This document shows, in pieces, positions 1 through 6,857 of a stretch of DNA of 64,000 bases. A model generated the notes under the pieces. That model searched no databases and had not been told where the DNA came from. It worked only from the letters and a program-made list of their open reading frames with translations. Source of the stretch: Microbacterium sp. (GTDB lineage Bacteria > Actinomycetota > Actinomycetes > Actinomycetales > Microbacteriaceae); assembly GCF_049650565.1 (NCBI RefSeq), contig NZ_JBASAK010000054.1:3218-67217 (forward strand), given 5' to 3'. A program made the position numbers and the translations under genes. Position 1 is the stretch's first letter, and each line of letters starts with the position of its first letter.

Positions 1-905
1 ACGGGCACAGCATCCTGGTGACCGATGCCGACGTCTCCTCGCAGCTGTCCCAGACCGCGCAGCTCACCGACCCCACCCGTATCGACCTCGGCATCGCAGG
101 CGCCGCCGGGCACCTGTACTTCGCATCCCAGGCATCGCCCACCGTGCTGGTGGGGCTGAATCGCTCCGAGACGCGATCGCCCGTCGCGCTGCGCGAGCTG
201 CTGAGCGCCTTCGCCACCCCGGGTGTGCGACTGTCGTCACTGAAATCCTCGCCGGCGGCATCCGCCACTCTGGTCACCACGGCCGACACCGTGCGTTCGA
301 CCGCGCTGACGTCGATGCTGGCGGGTGAGCAGCAGCTGGTGACGTTCTCGTCGATCCTCGACACTCCAGCGCTGATGCTGGCGCCCGAGCGCATCCGGAT
401 CCTGCGGGCCATCGCCGTCGGGCTCAGCGACAAGCAGTTCGCCGCCGCCGTCTCGGATCGGACCGCTCGCGTGCAGAAGCTGCTGGGCTCGGTCAGCATC
501 CAGCGCCCCAAGCCCGTGCAGCTGGTCACCTCCGCGGCGCCGCTGCCGGTGTGGGTGCGCAACGAGCTGCCGTGGGACGTGCATGTGGTGCTGAACAGTG
601 AGCCGTCCCAGCCCCGCCTGGACATCCAGCCCCGAACCACCGTCGAGGCCCTCGCGGACGGCACGACGCGCGTGGACGTTCCGATCTCAGCGCGCGTGGC
701 CAGCGGCGAGGTGAAGGTGGACTTCCGGCTCACCAGCGCCACAGGCGTGCCGATCTCACAGCCGGCCGTCGCCGAGGTCACGCTGCGTGCGGACTGGGAG
801 GGCATCGGCCTGGGCATCCTCGGCGGGGTGATCGCGCTGCTGTTCGTGCTCGGTCTCATCCGCACGGTGCGGCGTCGACGTCGTAAGGCGGATGCCGCAG
901 TCTGA
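1..905 (+). CDS. C-terminal part of a conserved actinobacterial membrane-anchored protein (DUF6049-like); 5' end lies outside the window
   Basis: The frame is open from the window edge, with no stop before the listed start at 18, up to the stop at 903-905. The protein ends in a hydrophobic helix GIGLGILGGVIALLFVLGLI followed by RTVRRRRRK. It sits just upstream of trxB-trxA. The family name is from memory and was not searched. Confidence 0.6.
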   Translation, partial: GHSILVTDADVSSQLSQTAQLTDPTRIDLGIAGAAGHLYFASQASPTVLVGLNRSETRSPVALRELLSAFATPGVRLSSLKSSPAASATLVTTADTVRSTALTSMLAGEQQLVTFSSILDTPALMLAPERIRILRAIAVGLSDKQFAAAVSDRTARVQKLLGSVSIQRPKPVQLVTSAAPLPVWVRNELPWDVHVVLNSEPSQPRLDIQPRTTVEALADGTTRVDVPISARVASGEVKVDFRLTSATGVPISQPAVAEVTLRADWEGIGLGILGGVIALLFVLGLIRTVRRRRRKADAAV

Positions 906-1019
906 GCGATCGGCCGTTGCGATCAGCTGGGGGGAATGCCGCGCGGTTACCATGGGTTGAAGCAGTCGTGGCGGGTTTCCTCGCGTCCTGGTGACGCACT
1001 CGCCGGCAGAGGAGAGCAC

Positions 1020-1973
1020 ATGCGTCAGGTCATCATCATCGGCTCGGGACCGGCCGGGTTCACCGCCGCCATCTACGCGGCGCGCGCCAACCTGGAGCCC
1101 CTGCTGATCGCGAGCTCCGTCGAGGTCGGCGGCGAGCTGACCAAGACCACTGACGTGGAGAACTTCCCAGGCTTTCCCGAGGGCATCCAGGGCCCCGACC
1201 TGATGGTCAAGCTCCAGGAGCAGGCCGAGAAGTTCGGCACCGAGGTCGTCTACGACGACGTCGTCTCGCTCGAGCTGGACGGTCCGGTCAAGAAGGTCGT
1301 GCTGGGCACGGGCGCCGAGCACGAGGCATCCGCCGTCATTTACGCGACAGGATCCGCGTACCGCAAGCTCGGCGTCGAAGGAGAGGAGCGCCTCTCCGGG
1401 CACGGTGTCTCCTGGTGCGCCACCTGCGACGGCTTCTTCTTCCGCGAGAAGGCCATCGCCGTCGTCGGCGGCGGGGACTCCGCCATGGAGGAGGCCACGT
1501 TCCTCACGCGCTTCGCGTCGAAGGTGTACGTGATCCACCGCAAGGACACGCTGCGCGCCTCGAAGATCATGCAGGAGCGCGCGTTCGCCGACCCGAAGAT
1601 CGAGTTCATCTGGAACAGCGAGGTCGACGAGATCCTCGGTGAGTTCGAGACCACCGGCGTACGACTGCGTTCCACGGTCGACGGCTCGCTGCGCGAGCTG
1701 GACGTGCAGGGCGTGTTCGTCGCCATCGGCAACGACCCGCGCACGCACCTCGTGCACGACAAGCTCGAGCTCACGCCCGAGGGGACCATCTGGGTCGACG
1801 GCCGCTCGTCGCGCACCTCGCAGCCCGGCGTCTTCGCCGCAGGCGATGTCATCGATCCCACCTACCGCCAGGCTGCCACTGCGGCGGGTTCGGGTGTGGT
1901 CGCGGCCCTCGACGTGGAGCACTTCCTCGCAGGACTCGCGGATGCCGTGCCCGCGGCTGTGGCCGCCAACTGA
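1020..1973 (+). CDS. trxB: thioredoxin-disulfide reductase
   Basis: The product has an N-terminal FAD fold MRQVIIIGSGPAG, the redox centre WCATCDG, and a second dinucleotide fold VVGGGDSAMEEA. The ATG at 1020 is preceded by GGAGAG. The track start at 936 only adds a non-protein-like leader. Confidence 0.95.
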   Translation: MRQVIIIGSGPAGFTAAIYAARANLEPLLIASSVEVGGELTKTTDVENFPGFPEGIQGPDLMVKLQEQAEKFGTEVVYDDVVSLELDGPVKKVVLGTGAEHEASAVIYATGSAYRKLGVEGEERLSGHGVSWCATCDGFFFREKAIAVVGGGDSAMEEATFLTRFASKVYVIHRKDTLRASKIMQERAFADPKIEFIWNSEVDEILGEFETTGVRLRSTVDGSLRELDVQGVFVAIGNDPRTHLVHDKLELTPEGTIWVDGRSSRTSQPGVFAAGDVIDPTYRQAATAAGSGVVAALDVEHFLAGLADAVPAAVAAN

Positions 1974-2035
1974 TCGTTCGGAACACCTGACCTGCATCCG
2001 GTGTTGAACCGGGTGACATCCAACTAAGGAGAATC

Positions 2036-2359
2036 ATGACTGCCAAGGCAACCACCGAGGCGACCTGGGAGCAGGACGTCCTCCAGGCCGAAGGACCCGT
2101 GCTCGTCGACTTCTGGGCCGCGTGGTGCGGTCCGTGTCGGATGGTCTCGCCCATCCTCGACGAGATCCAGTCCGAGCACTCGGAGAAGCTCACCATCCTC
2201 AAGCTCAACGTCGACGAGAACCCCAACCTCGCGATGAAGTACCAGATCACCTCGATCCCCGCGATGAAGGTGTTCCAGGGTGGTGAGGTCAAGACGACCA
2301 TCATCGGCGCCAAGCCCAAGTTCGCACTCGAGCAGGATCTGGCCGCGTTCATCGGCTGA
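2036..2359 (+). CDS. trxA: thioredoxin
   Basis: The 107-aa product carries the WCGPC active site. An AAGGAG ribosome-binding site lies at 2026-2031. Confidence 0.95.
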   Translation: MTAKATTEATWEQDVLQAEGPVLVDFWAAWCGPCRMVSPILDEIQSEHSEKLTILKLNVDENPNLAMKYQITSIPAMKVFQGGEVKTTIIGAKPKFALEQDLAAFIG

Positions 2360-2371
2360 GTGCCTTCGGAT

Positions 2372-2444
2372 CGCTGAGCTCGACTCAGTCCTGGGTCGCT
2401 GAGTTCGACTCAGTCCTGGGTCGCTGAGGCTGTCGAAGCGTCGA
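2372..2444. repeat. tandem 25-bp repeat (about 2.9 units) of hairpin repeat family B
   Basis: Unit 1 is CGCTGAGCTCGACTCAGTCCTGGGT (2372-2396) and unit 2 is CGCTGAGTTCGACTCAGTCCTGGGT (2397-2421). A third variant unit CGCTGAGGCTGTCGAAGCGTCGA follows. The last unit matches 60488-60517 at 29 of 30 positions. Confidence 0.85.
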
Positions 2445-2482
2445 GAAGCCCGTCACCTCACGAGGTGGCGGGCTTCTTCTGC
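2445..2482 (+). terminator. intrinsic terminator after trxA
   Basis: The hairpin is GAAGCCCGTCACC / loop TCACGA / GGTGGCGGGCTTC (13-bp stem with one G-U pair), followed by TTCTGC. Confidence 0.65.
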
Positions 2483-2761
2483 GAGCGGATGCCGGTGGGC
2501 ATGAAGGGCATGACCCGGTGAGTGCGCACTGAGCTGCCCGCCAGCCGTGCGATTCGGGTGGCACCGATGAACGTCGAAGTCCGCGGTGCCTCTGAGCCGC
2601 ACCACGATGTCGATGACGGGTTCGGCTCTCATCTTGGGAATCGCGGTGGATGTACTCGATGTCCCAGTTCGGGTCGCCCGCGGCACGCAGCTCGTCAGCG
2701 ACTTCTTCGAACCCGCCAGGGCCAGTCCGGACCGTCATCGACGAGCATTCGACCGCCGACC

Positions 2762-3094
2762 TCAGGACGCGTCGGCGACGGTGGGATCCCAGCGGCGATG
2801 ACGCCGCTCCCCCAGCATCCCCCACACCGTCTTCGTCAGACCTGGGTACTCCAGGGCGATCTGACGCAGCACGCGATAGTGTCGGGCAGCATTAGGACGG
2901 ACGCCGTCGTTGGCCTTGATGTTCTCGGCGCGCAGCAGGTAGACGACCAGTTCGTCGACGCTGGGCAGGTCATCCATGAAGTCCCACGGGTCCTCACCGG
3001 CGCGCAGTCGCTCTTGGATCAGCACCGCGAGCTCGTCGGATGCCTCAGCACGGAGCACCTCGAGACTCGCACGGCGTGGAACGGAATCTGTCAC
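2762..3094 (-). CDS. hypothetical protein (110 aa), function unknown
   Basis: This is an open frame with protein-like composition (MTDSVPRRASLEVLRAEASDELAVLIQERL...). The overlapping ORFs in other frames are Arg/Gly-rich. I recognise no motif. Confidence 0.5.
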   Translation of the reverse strand: MTDSVPRRASLEVLRAEASDELAVLIQERLRAGEDPWDFMDDLPSVDELVVYLLRAENIKANDGVRPNAARHYRVLRQIALEYPGLTKTVWGMLGERRHRRWDPTVADAS

Positions 3095-3259
3095 CGTTCC
3101 AGCCTAAAGGAGACAGGTTGCGCCGGCTGCGCTGAAGCTTCGCGTGTGGAACCGCGCTTGTCGATGCCGGGCGGGCCGCCGGGATCGATATTTCGCAACT
3201 CGTGGTGCACCCCAGAGGTGTGCGGATCAAACGGATGCCAGCGAGCGTGTGCGGAGCGA

Positions 3260-3275
3260 TGTTTCACGTGAAACG
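3260..3275. promoter_or_regulatory. parS (ParB binding site)
   Basis: TGTTTCACGTGAAACG matches 15 of 16 positions of the palindromic parS consensus TGTTNCACGTGAAACA. Confidence 0.85.
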
Positions 3276-3287
3276 CGCAGCGAATTC

Positions 3288-3359
3288 GTTTCGTCTCGCT
3301 GCGCTCGCTCAACGACCGAGGCTCCTTCGGTCATTGAGGGACGAGCGAAGCGAGAAGAC
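3288..3359. repeat. hairpin repeat family A, full (two-arm) copy
   Basis: GTTTCGTCTCGCTGCGCTCGCTCAACGACCGAGG is followed by an imperfect inverted partner, CGGTCATTGAGGGACGAGCGAAGCGAGAAGAC. Confidence 0.8.
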
Positions 3360-3372
3360 CATATTCCTCAAC

Positions 3373-3414
3373 GACCGAAGCGCACCGTTTCACGTGTAAG
3401 GGTGCGCTTCGGTC
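3373..3414 (-). terminator. parB terminator hairpin; the loop carries a degenerate parS half-site
   Basis: A perfect 14-bp stem GACCGAAGCGCACC / GGTGCGCTTCGGTC encloses the loop GTTTCACGTGTAAG. The hairpin begins 10 nt beyond the parB stop. Confidence 0.6.
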
Positions 3415-3423
3415 TGACGAGTA

Positions 3424-4395
3424 TCAGCGGGATCCGTACTCCTCTTCGCCGAGCTCCGCGAGAATGCGGTTGAGATCCTGAATCGAAGCGAATTCGATCT
3501 TGACCTGGCCCTTTCGTGCTCCCAGAGCGATCTGGACCCGGGTGTTCAGCCGGTCACCGAGCTTGCCGGCAACCTCGTCGAGGTAGGCGCGACGCGCTCC
3601 GGCCTGAGGCTTGGTCTTGCTGCCCGGCGCAGCCGGGAGGCTCTTCGCTGCCGCCTCGGTGGCGCGCACCGACAGGTCTTCGTTCACGACCTTGTCCGCC
3701 AGTCGCTGCATCCTCTCCGGATCCTCGACCGACAGAATCGCACGCGCATGACCAGCGGAGAGCACACCCGCGGCGACCCGCTGCTGCACGGGAACCGGCA
3801 GGCGCAGCAGGCGAATCGTGTTGCTGATCTGCGGACGCGACCGGCCGATCCTCGTGGCCAGCTCTTCCTGCGTGATTCCGAAGTCGTCAAGCAGCTGCTG
3901 ATACGCGGACGCCTCTTCAAGAGGATTCAGTTCCGAGCGATGCAGGTTCTCGAGCAGAGCATCCCGCAGCAGGTTCTCGTCCGCCGTCTCACGAACGATC
4001 GCCGGGATCTCGGCCAGTCCGGCCTCGCGAGCAGCGCGGGTGCGCCGCTCCCCCATGATGAGCTCGTAGTCGCCCGCGGAGTTCTTGCGAACAACGACCG
4101 GCTGCAGAACTCCGAACTCCCGCACGCTGTGCACGAGCTCGGCCAATCGCTCCTCATCGAAGACCGTTCGCGGCTGACGAGGATTGGGGACGATCGCGTT
4201 CGGATCGACTTGGATCAGCTGAATCCCTGGAACGGCAGTGAGCTCGGCCTCTTTCGCCGCATCGCCCATGGATGCCGCATCCGCATTCTGCTTCGGTGCA
4301 CCCGGGAAGAACACGTCCACCGGCCGCTCCGAATGATCCGCGGTGGGAATGAGGGCGCCGATTCCCCGACCGAGTCCGGTGCGTTTGGCCATCAC
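3424..4395 (-). CDS. parB: chromosome partitioning protein ParB
   Basis: The product has the N-terminal GLGRGIGALI motif, the ParB box ELIMGERRTRAAREAG, and the HTH TQEELATRIGRSRPQISNTIRLL. The start is either GTG at 4395 or the adjacent ATG at 4392, which overlaps the parA stop. Confidence 0.95.
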   Translation of the reverse strand: MMAKRTGLGRGIGALIPTADHSERPVDVFFPGAPKQNADAASMGDAAKEAELTAVPGIQLIQVDPNAIVPNPRQPRTVFDEERLAELVHSVREFGVLQPVVVRKNSAGDYELIMGERRTRAAREAGLAEIPAIVRETADENLLRDALLENLHRSELNPLEEASAYQQLLDDFGITQEELATRIGRSRPQISNTIRLLRLPVPVQQRVAAGVLSAGHARAILSVEDPERMQRLADKVVNEDLSVRATEAAAKSLPAAPGSKTKPQAGARRAYLDEVAGKLGDRLNTRVQIALGARKGQVKIEFASIQDLNRILAELGEEEYGSR

Positions 4396-5324
4396 TGCTC
4401 CTTCTTCTGCGGAGAGAGTGCCCCGCGCTGTGCGATCTCGACTGCTGCTTCCCGATACGCGATGGCTCCCGCCGACGAGCTGTCGTAGGTGATCACGGTC
4501 TGTCCGAAGCTGGGAGCCTCGGACACGCGGACAGATCGCGGGATGATGGCGCCGAGCACCTGCTCGGGGAAGTGGTTGCGCACCTCGTCAGCGACTTGCT
4601 GCGACAGGCGCGTGCGCGCGTCGAACATCGTCAGCAGGATCGTGGTGAGGTGAAGCTCAGGGTTCAGATGCTTCTGAATCATCTGGATGCTGCCGAGGAG
4701 CTGACTCAGACCCTCCAGTGCGTAGTACTCCGCCTGAATCGGAATGAGAACCTCGGATGCCGCCGTGAAGGCGTTGATGGTGAGAAGCCCCAACGATGGC
4801 GGACAGTCGATGATCACGATGTCCGTGGGGTGATCATCCAGGTAGGTCTGCAGAGCACGCCGCAGTCTGAACTCCCGTGCGACCTGAGAGACCAGCTCGA
4901 TCTCCGCACCGGCAAGGTGGATCGTGCTCGGCGCGCAGAGCAGGTTGGGGGACTCGGGACTGGTCTGCACGATCTCTGCGAACGGCAGGTCGTCGATGAG
5001 CACGTCGTAGATGCTGGAGACATCAGCGGAGTGGGTGATGCCCAGTGCCGTGGAGGCGTTGCCCTGCGGATCGAGGTCGATCACCAGCACCTTGGCGCCG
5101 AGTTCCGCAAGAGCGGTAGCCAGATTCACCGCTGAAGTGGTCTTGCCCACGCCACCCTTCTGGTTGGACACCGTGAAGACGCGGGTCTCCCCGCTGAAAT
5201 CAACAGTGACCCCTTTGAGAGCCCTGCGTCGGCTGCTGAGATCAGCGAGTTCGCGCGCGAGCGGCGTATCCATCCCGAAATCGTCGTTCGGCAATGCGTT
5301 GTCGGATGGTTTCACGTGAAACAT
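4392..5324 (-). CDS. parA: ParA/Soj partitioning ATPase
   Basis: The product has the deviant Walker A NQKGGVGKTTSAVNL and the IIDCPPSLG motif. The start is uncertain. The ATG at 5324 is encoded inside a parS site (MFHVK), and an alternative ATG lies at 5273 (MDTPLAREL). Confidence 0.93.
   Translation of the reverse strand: MFHVKPSDNALPNDDFGMDTPLARELADLSSRRRALKGVTVDFSGETRVFTVSNQKGGVGKTTSAVNLATALAELGAKVLVIDLDPQGNASTALGITHSADVSSIYDVLIDDLPFAEIVQTSPESPNLLCAPSTIHLAGAEIELVSQVAREFRLRRALQTYLDDHPTDIVIIDCPPSLGLLTINAFTAASEVLIPIQAEYYALEGLSQLLGSIQMIQKHLNPELHLTTILLTMFDARTRLSQQVADEVRNHFPEQVLGAIIPRSVRVSEAPSFGQTVITYDSSSAGAIAYREAAVEIAQRGALSPQKKEQ
5308..5323. promoter_or_regulatory. parS
   Basis: GGTTTCACGTGAAACA matches the consensus at 15 of 16 positions. 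The site overlaps the longest possible parA start. Confidence 0.85.
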
Positions 5325-5389
5325 CGACTCCTTTCGGGACCGTCTACCACTCTAATCGCACCCACCCACACTCCCCGTCGCAGGCCACC

Positions 5390-5454
5390 GTTTCGACTCG
5401 CTCCGCTCGCTCAACGACCGGTCATTGAGCGACGAGCGAAGCGACGAGACGAAA
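5390..5454. repeat. hairpin repeat family A, full copy
   Basis: The sequence is GTTTCGACTCGCTCCGCTCGCTCAACGACCGGTCATTGAGCGACGAGCGAAGCGACGAGACGAAA. The two arms are inverted and meet at GACCGGTC. Confidence 0.85.
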
Positions 5455-5477
5455 TGCCTACGCCACCACGAGGACTC

Positions 5478-5510
5478 GTTTCGACTCGCTGCGCTCGCTC
5501 AACGACCGAG
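5478..5510. repeat. hairpin repeat family A, single arm
   Basis: The sequence is GTTTCGACTCGCTGCGCTCGCTCAACGACCGAG. Its last bases supply the final codons and the stop of the GIY-YIG gene on the opposite strand. Confidence 0.8.
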
Positions 5511-5801
5511 GGAGCGGAGGGCACGTTCCCGAGCGCTCCAGCCCTTGATTGCATCGAACCCACCCTCAATGAACGCGAGTCTCTTTGCGTGACTCCAGCC
5601 TTGGATTCTCTTCTCCAGACCGAAGGCCTCGTCTATCCGGTTGAACTCTGCGAACCAGACGAGCTCGACGGGCAACCGACACGACGTGTAATCACTCCCC
5701 AGTCCCTGTGCATGCGTAGCCAGGCGTCGATCCAGATCCCACGTGCTTCCGGCGTAGAACGTGCCGTCCGAACATCGGAGGATGTAGGTGTATGCGGTCA
5801 T
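5499..5801 (-). CDS. small GIY-YIG domain nuclease family protein (100 aa)
   Basis: The motifs are YTYILRCSDGTFYAGSTWDLDRRLATH (GIY...YxG...R) and FGLEKRIQGWSHAKR. The track ORF extends to 6107, but that extra part is translated repeat and parS sequence. The in-frame ATG at 5801 gives the typical ~100-aa length. Confidence 0.8.
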   Translation of the reverse strand: MTAYTYILRCSDGTFYAGSTWDLDRRLATHAQGLGSDYTSCRLPVELVWFAEFNRIDEAFGLEKRIQGWSHAKRLAFIEGGFDAIKGWSARERALRSLGR

Positions 5802-5858
5802 CCCCAGATCGTAGGCATTGCGGGGCCTCCGCTTCACGCGGTTCCCATGTCCTGTGGA

Positions 5859-5874
5859 TGTTTCACGTGAAACA
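5859..5874. promoter_or_regulatory. parS (perfect palindrome)
   Basis: TGTTTCACGTGAAACA matches the consensus at 16 of 16 positions. It lies 58 bp upstream of the GIY-YIG start. Confidence 0.9.
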
Positions 5875-5905
5875 GCGTGTTGTGGATGAGAGTTCCTGCA
5901 TCTGC

Positions 5906-5971
5906 GTTTCGACTCGCTGCGCTCGCTCAACGACCGGTCATTGAGCGACGAGCGCCAGCGAGGAGACGAAA
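5906..5971. repeat. hairpin repeat family A, full copy
   Basis: The sequence is GTTTCGACTCGCTGCGCTCGCTCAACGACCGGTCATTGAGCGACGAGCGCCAGCGAGGAGACGAAA. Confidence 0.85.
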
Positions 5972-5989
5972 TGTGGATCCCACAGGCGC

Positions 5990-6017
5990 GTTTCTCGCTC
6001 CGCTCGCTCAACGACCG
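5990..6017. repeat. hairpin repeat family A, single arm
   Basis: The sequence is GTTTCTCGCTCCGCTCGCTCAACGACCG. Confidence 0.7.
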
Positions 6018-6038
6018 ACGAGCGCAAGCACCTGTGGA

Positions 6039-6054
6039 TGTTTCACGTGAAGCA
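6039..6054. promoter_or_regulatory. parS
   Basis: TGTTTCACGTGAAGCA matches the consensus at 15 of 16 positions. It shares the extended 21-mer CCTGTGGATGTTTCACGTGAA with the site at 5859. Confidence 0.85.
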
Positions 6055-6082
6055 GTCGGATGTGAAATCTGCTCTGTTAGGC

Positions 6083-6114
6083 GTTTCGACTCGTTGCGCT
6101 CGCTCAACGACCGG
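6083..6114. repeat. hairpin repeat family A, single arm
   Basis: The sequence is GTTTCGACTCGTTGCGCTCGCTCAACGACCGG. It ends 2 nt before the rsmG stop codon. Confidence 0.8.
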
Positions 6115-6116
6115 CG

Positions 6117-6743
6117 TCAGGAGCGGACGCGGGCGCGGAAGACGCGAGTCGTCTCCGTGAGGGTGCCCTCCCCCAGTACCTGGACAGACACCTCCGACAC
6201 CTTGTGCTTCTTGAGAACCTTCTGCGCGGCCGCGATCTCGGCATCCACGTTCTGACCCTTGAGGAAGATCAGTTCGCCAGCATCCTTCGCGAGAGGTGCG
6301 GTGATCGGGATCAACGTACGAAGCGCGCTCACGGCACGAGCGGTGACGACGTCGAACTCGAGGCCGACGTCCTCTGCTCGAGCTCGCATGATCCGCACGT
6401 TGTCGAGGCCCAGCGAATCCACCTGCTCGGTGAGCCAGGCGATGCGCCGCTCCATGGGTTCGATCAGCGTCCACTCCACCTCGGGACGTGCGATGGCGAG
6501 CACCAGCCCGGGCAGGCCGGCGCCCGAGCCCACATCGGCGACCGACCCGTGGAAGAGTGGTGCCGCGATCGCGGAGTTCAGCACATGACGAGTCCACAGG
6601 CGTGGAAGCTCCAGCGGACCGATCAGGCCACGAAGCTCGCCCTCGGCAGCGAGGGAGGCAGTGAAACGGCGGGCGAGAGCGATGCGGTCGCCGAAGAGCT
6701 CCGCTGCGGCGGATGGTTCGGCTTCGACAGGGGATTCTGGCAT
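6117..6743 (-). CDS. rsmG: 16S rRNA (guanine527-N7)-methyltransferase RsmG (GidB)
   Basis: The product has the SAM-binding motif VADVGSGAGLPGLVLAI. The gene occupies the conserved position next to parA. Confidence 0.9.
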   Translation of the reverse strand: MPESPVEAEPSAAAELFGDRIALARRFTASLAAEGELRGLIGPLELPRLWTRHVLNSAIAAPLFHGSVADVGSGAGLPGLVLAIARPEVEWTLIEPMERRIAWLTEQVDSLGLDNVRIMRARAEDVGLEFDVVTARAVSALRTLIPITAPLAKDAGELIFLKGQNVDAEIAAAQKVLKKHKVSEVSVQVLGEGTLTETTRVFRARVRS

Positions 6744-6799
6744 TTCGTCTCGCTTCGCTCGCTCAATGACCGGGGAGGGTGAAATCGCTCAATGACCGG
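6742..6799. repeat. hairpin repeat family A, one arm plus a partial second copy
   Basis: ATTTCGTCTCGCTTCGCTCGCTCAATGACCGG starts at the rsmG start codon. A second CGCTCAATGACCGG lies at 6786-6799. Confidence 0.7.
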
Positions 6800-6828
6800 A
6801 CGGCGACCCACACGCTCGACGACCGGAC

Positions 6829-6844
6829 CGTTTCACGTGAAACA
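6829..6844. promoter_or_regulatory. parS
   Basis: CGTTTCACGTGAAACA matches the consensus at 15 of 16 positions. Confidence 0.85.
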
Positions 6845-6857
6845 TCCTCGAGAAGTC

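Noticed and set aside
756-1997. 413-aa minus-strand ORF covering trxB
   Set aside because: The ORF is antisense to a gene with unambiguous thioredoxin reductase motifs. Its translation is Arg/Gly/Asp/His-rich and low in complexity, the usual shadow ORF of high-GC DNA.
2522-3271. 249-aa plus-strand ORF between trxA and parB
   Set aside because: The composition is Arg/Gly/Pro-rich. The ORF runs antisense to the more protein-like 110-aa ORF and reads through a parS site.
3386-3401. Sixth parS-like sequence, CGTTTCACGTGTAAGG
   Set aside because: Only one half-site is intact. It forms the loop of the parB terminator hairpin, so I count it as a terminator feature rather than a functional parS. 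It could still be a decayed site.
2372-6800. Could the repeated units be a CRISPR array?
   Set aside because: The repeats are palindromic hairpin elements of irregular spacing and orientation. They lack uniform spacers, and no cas genes are present in the window.
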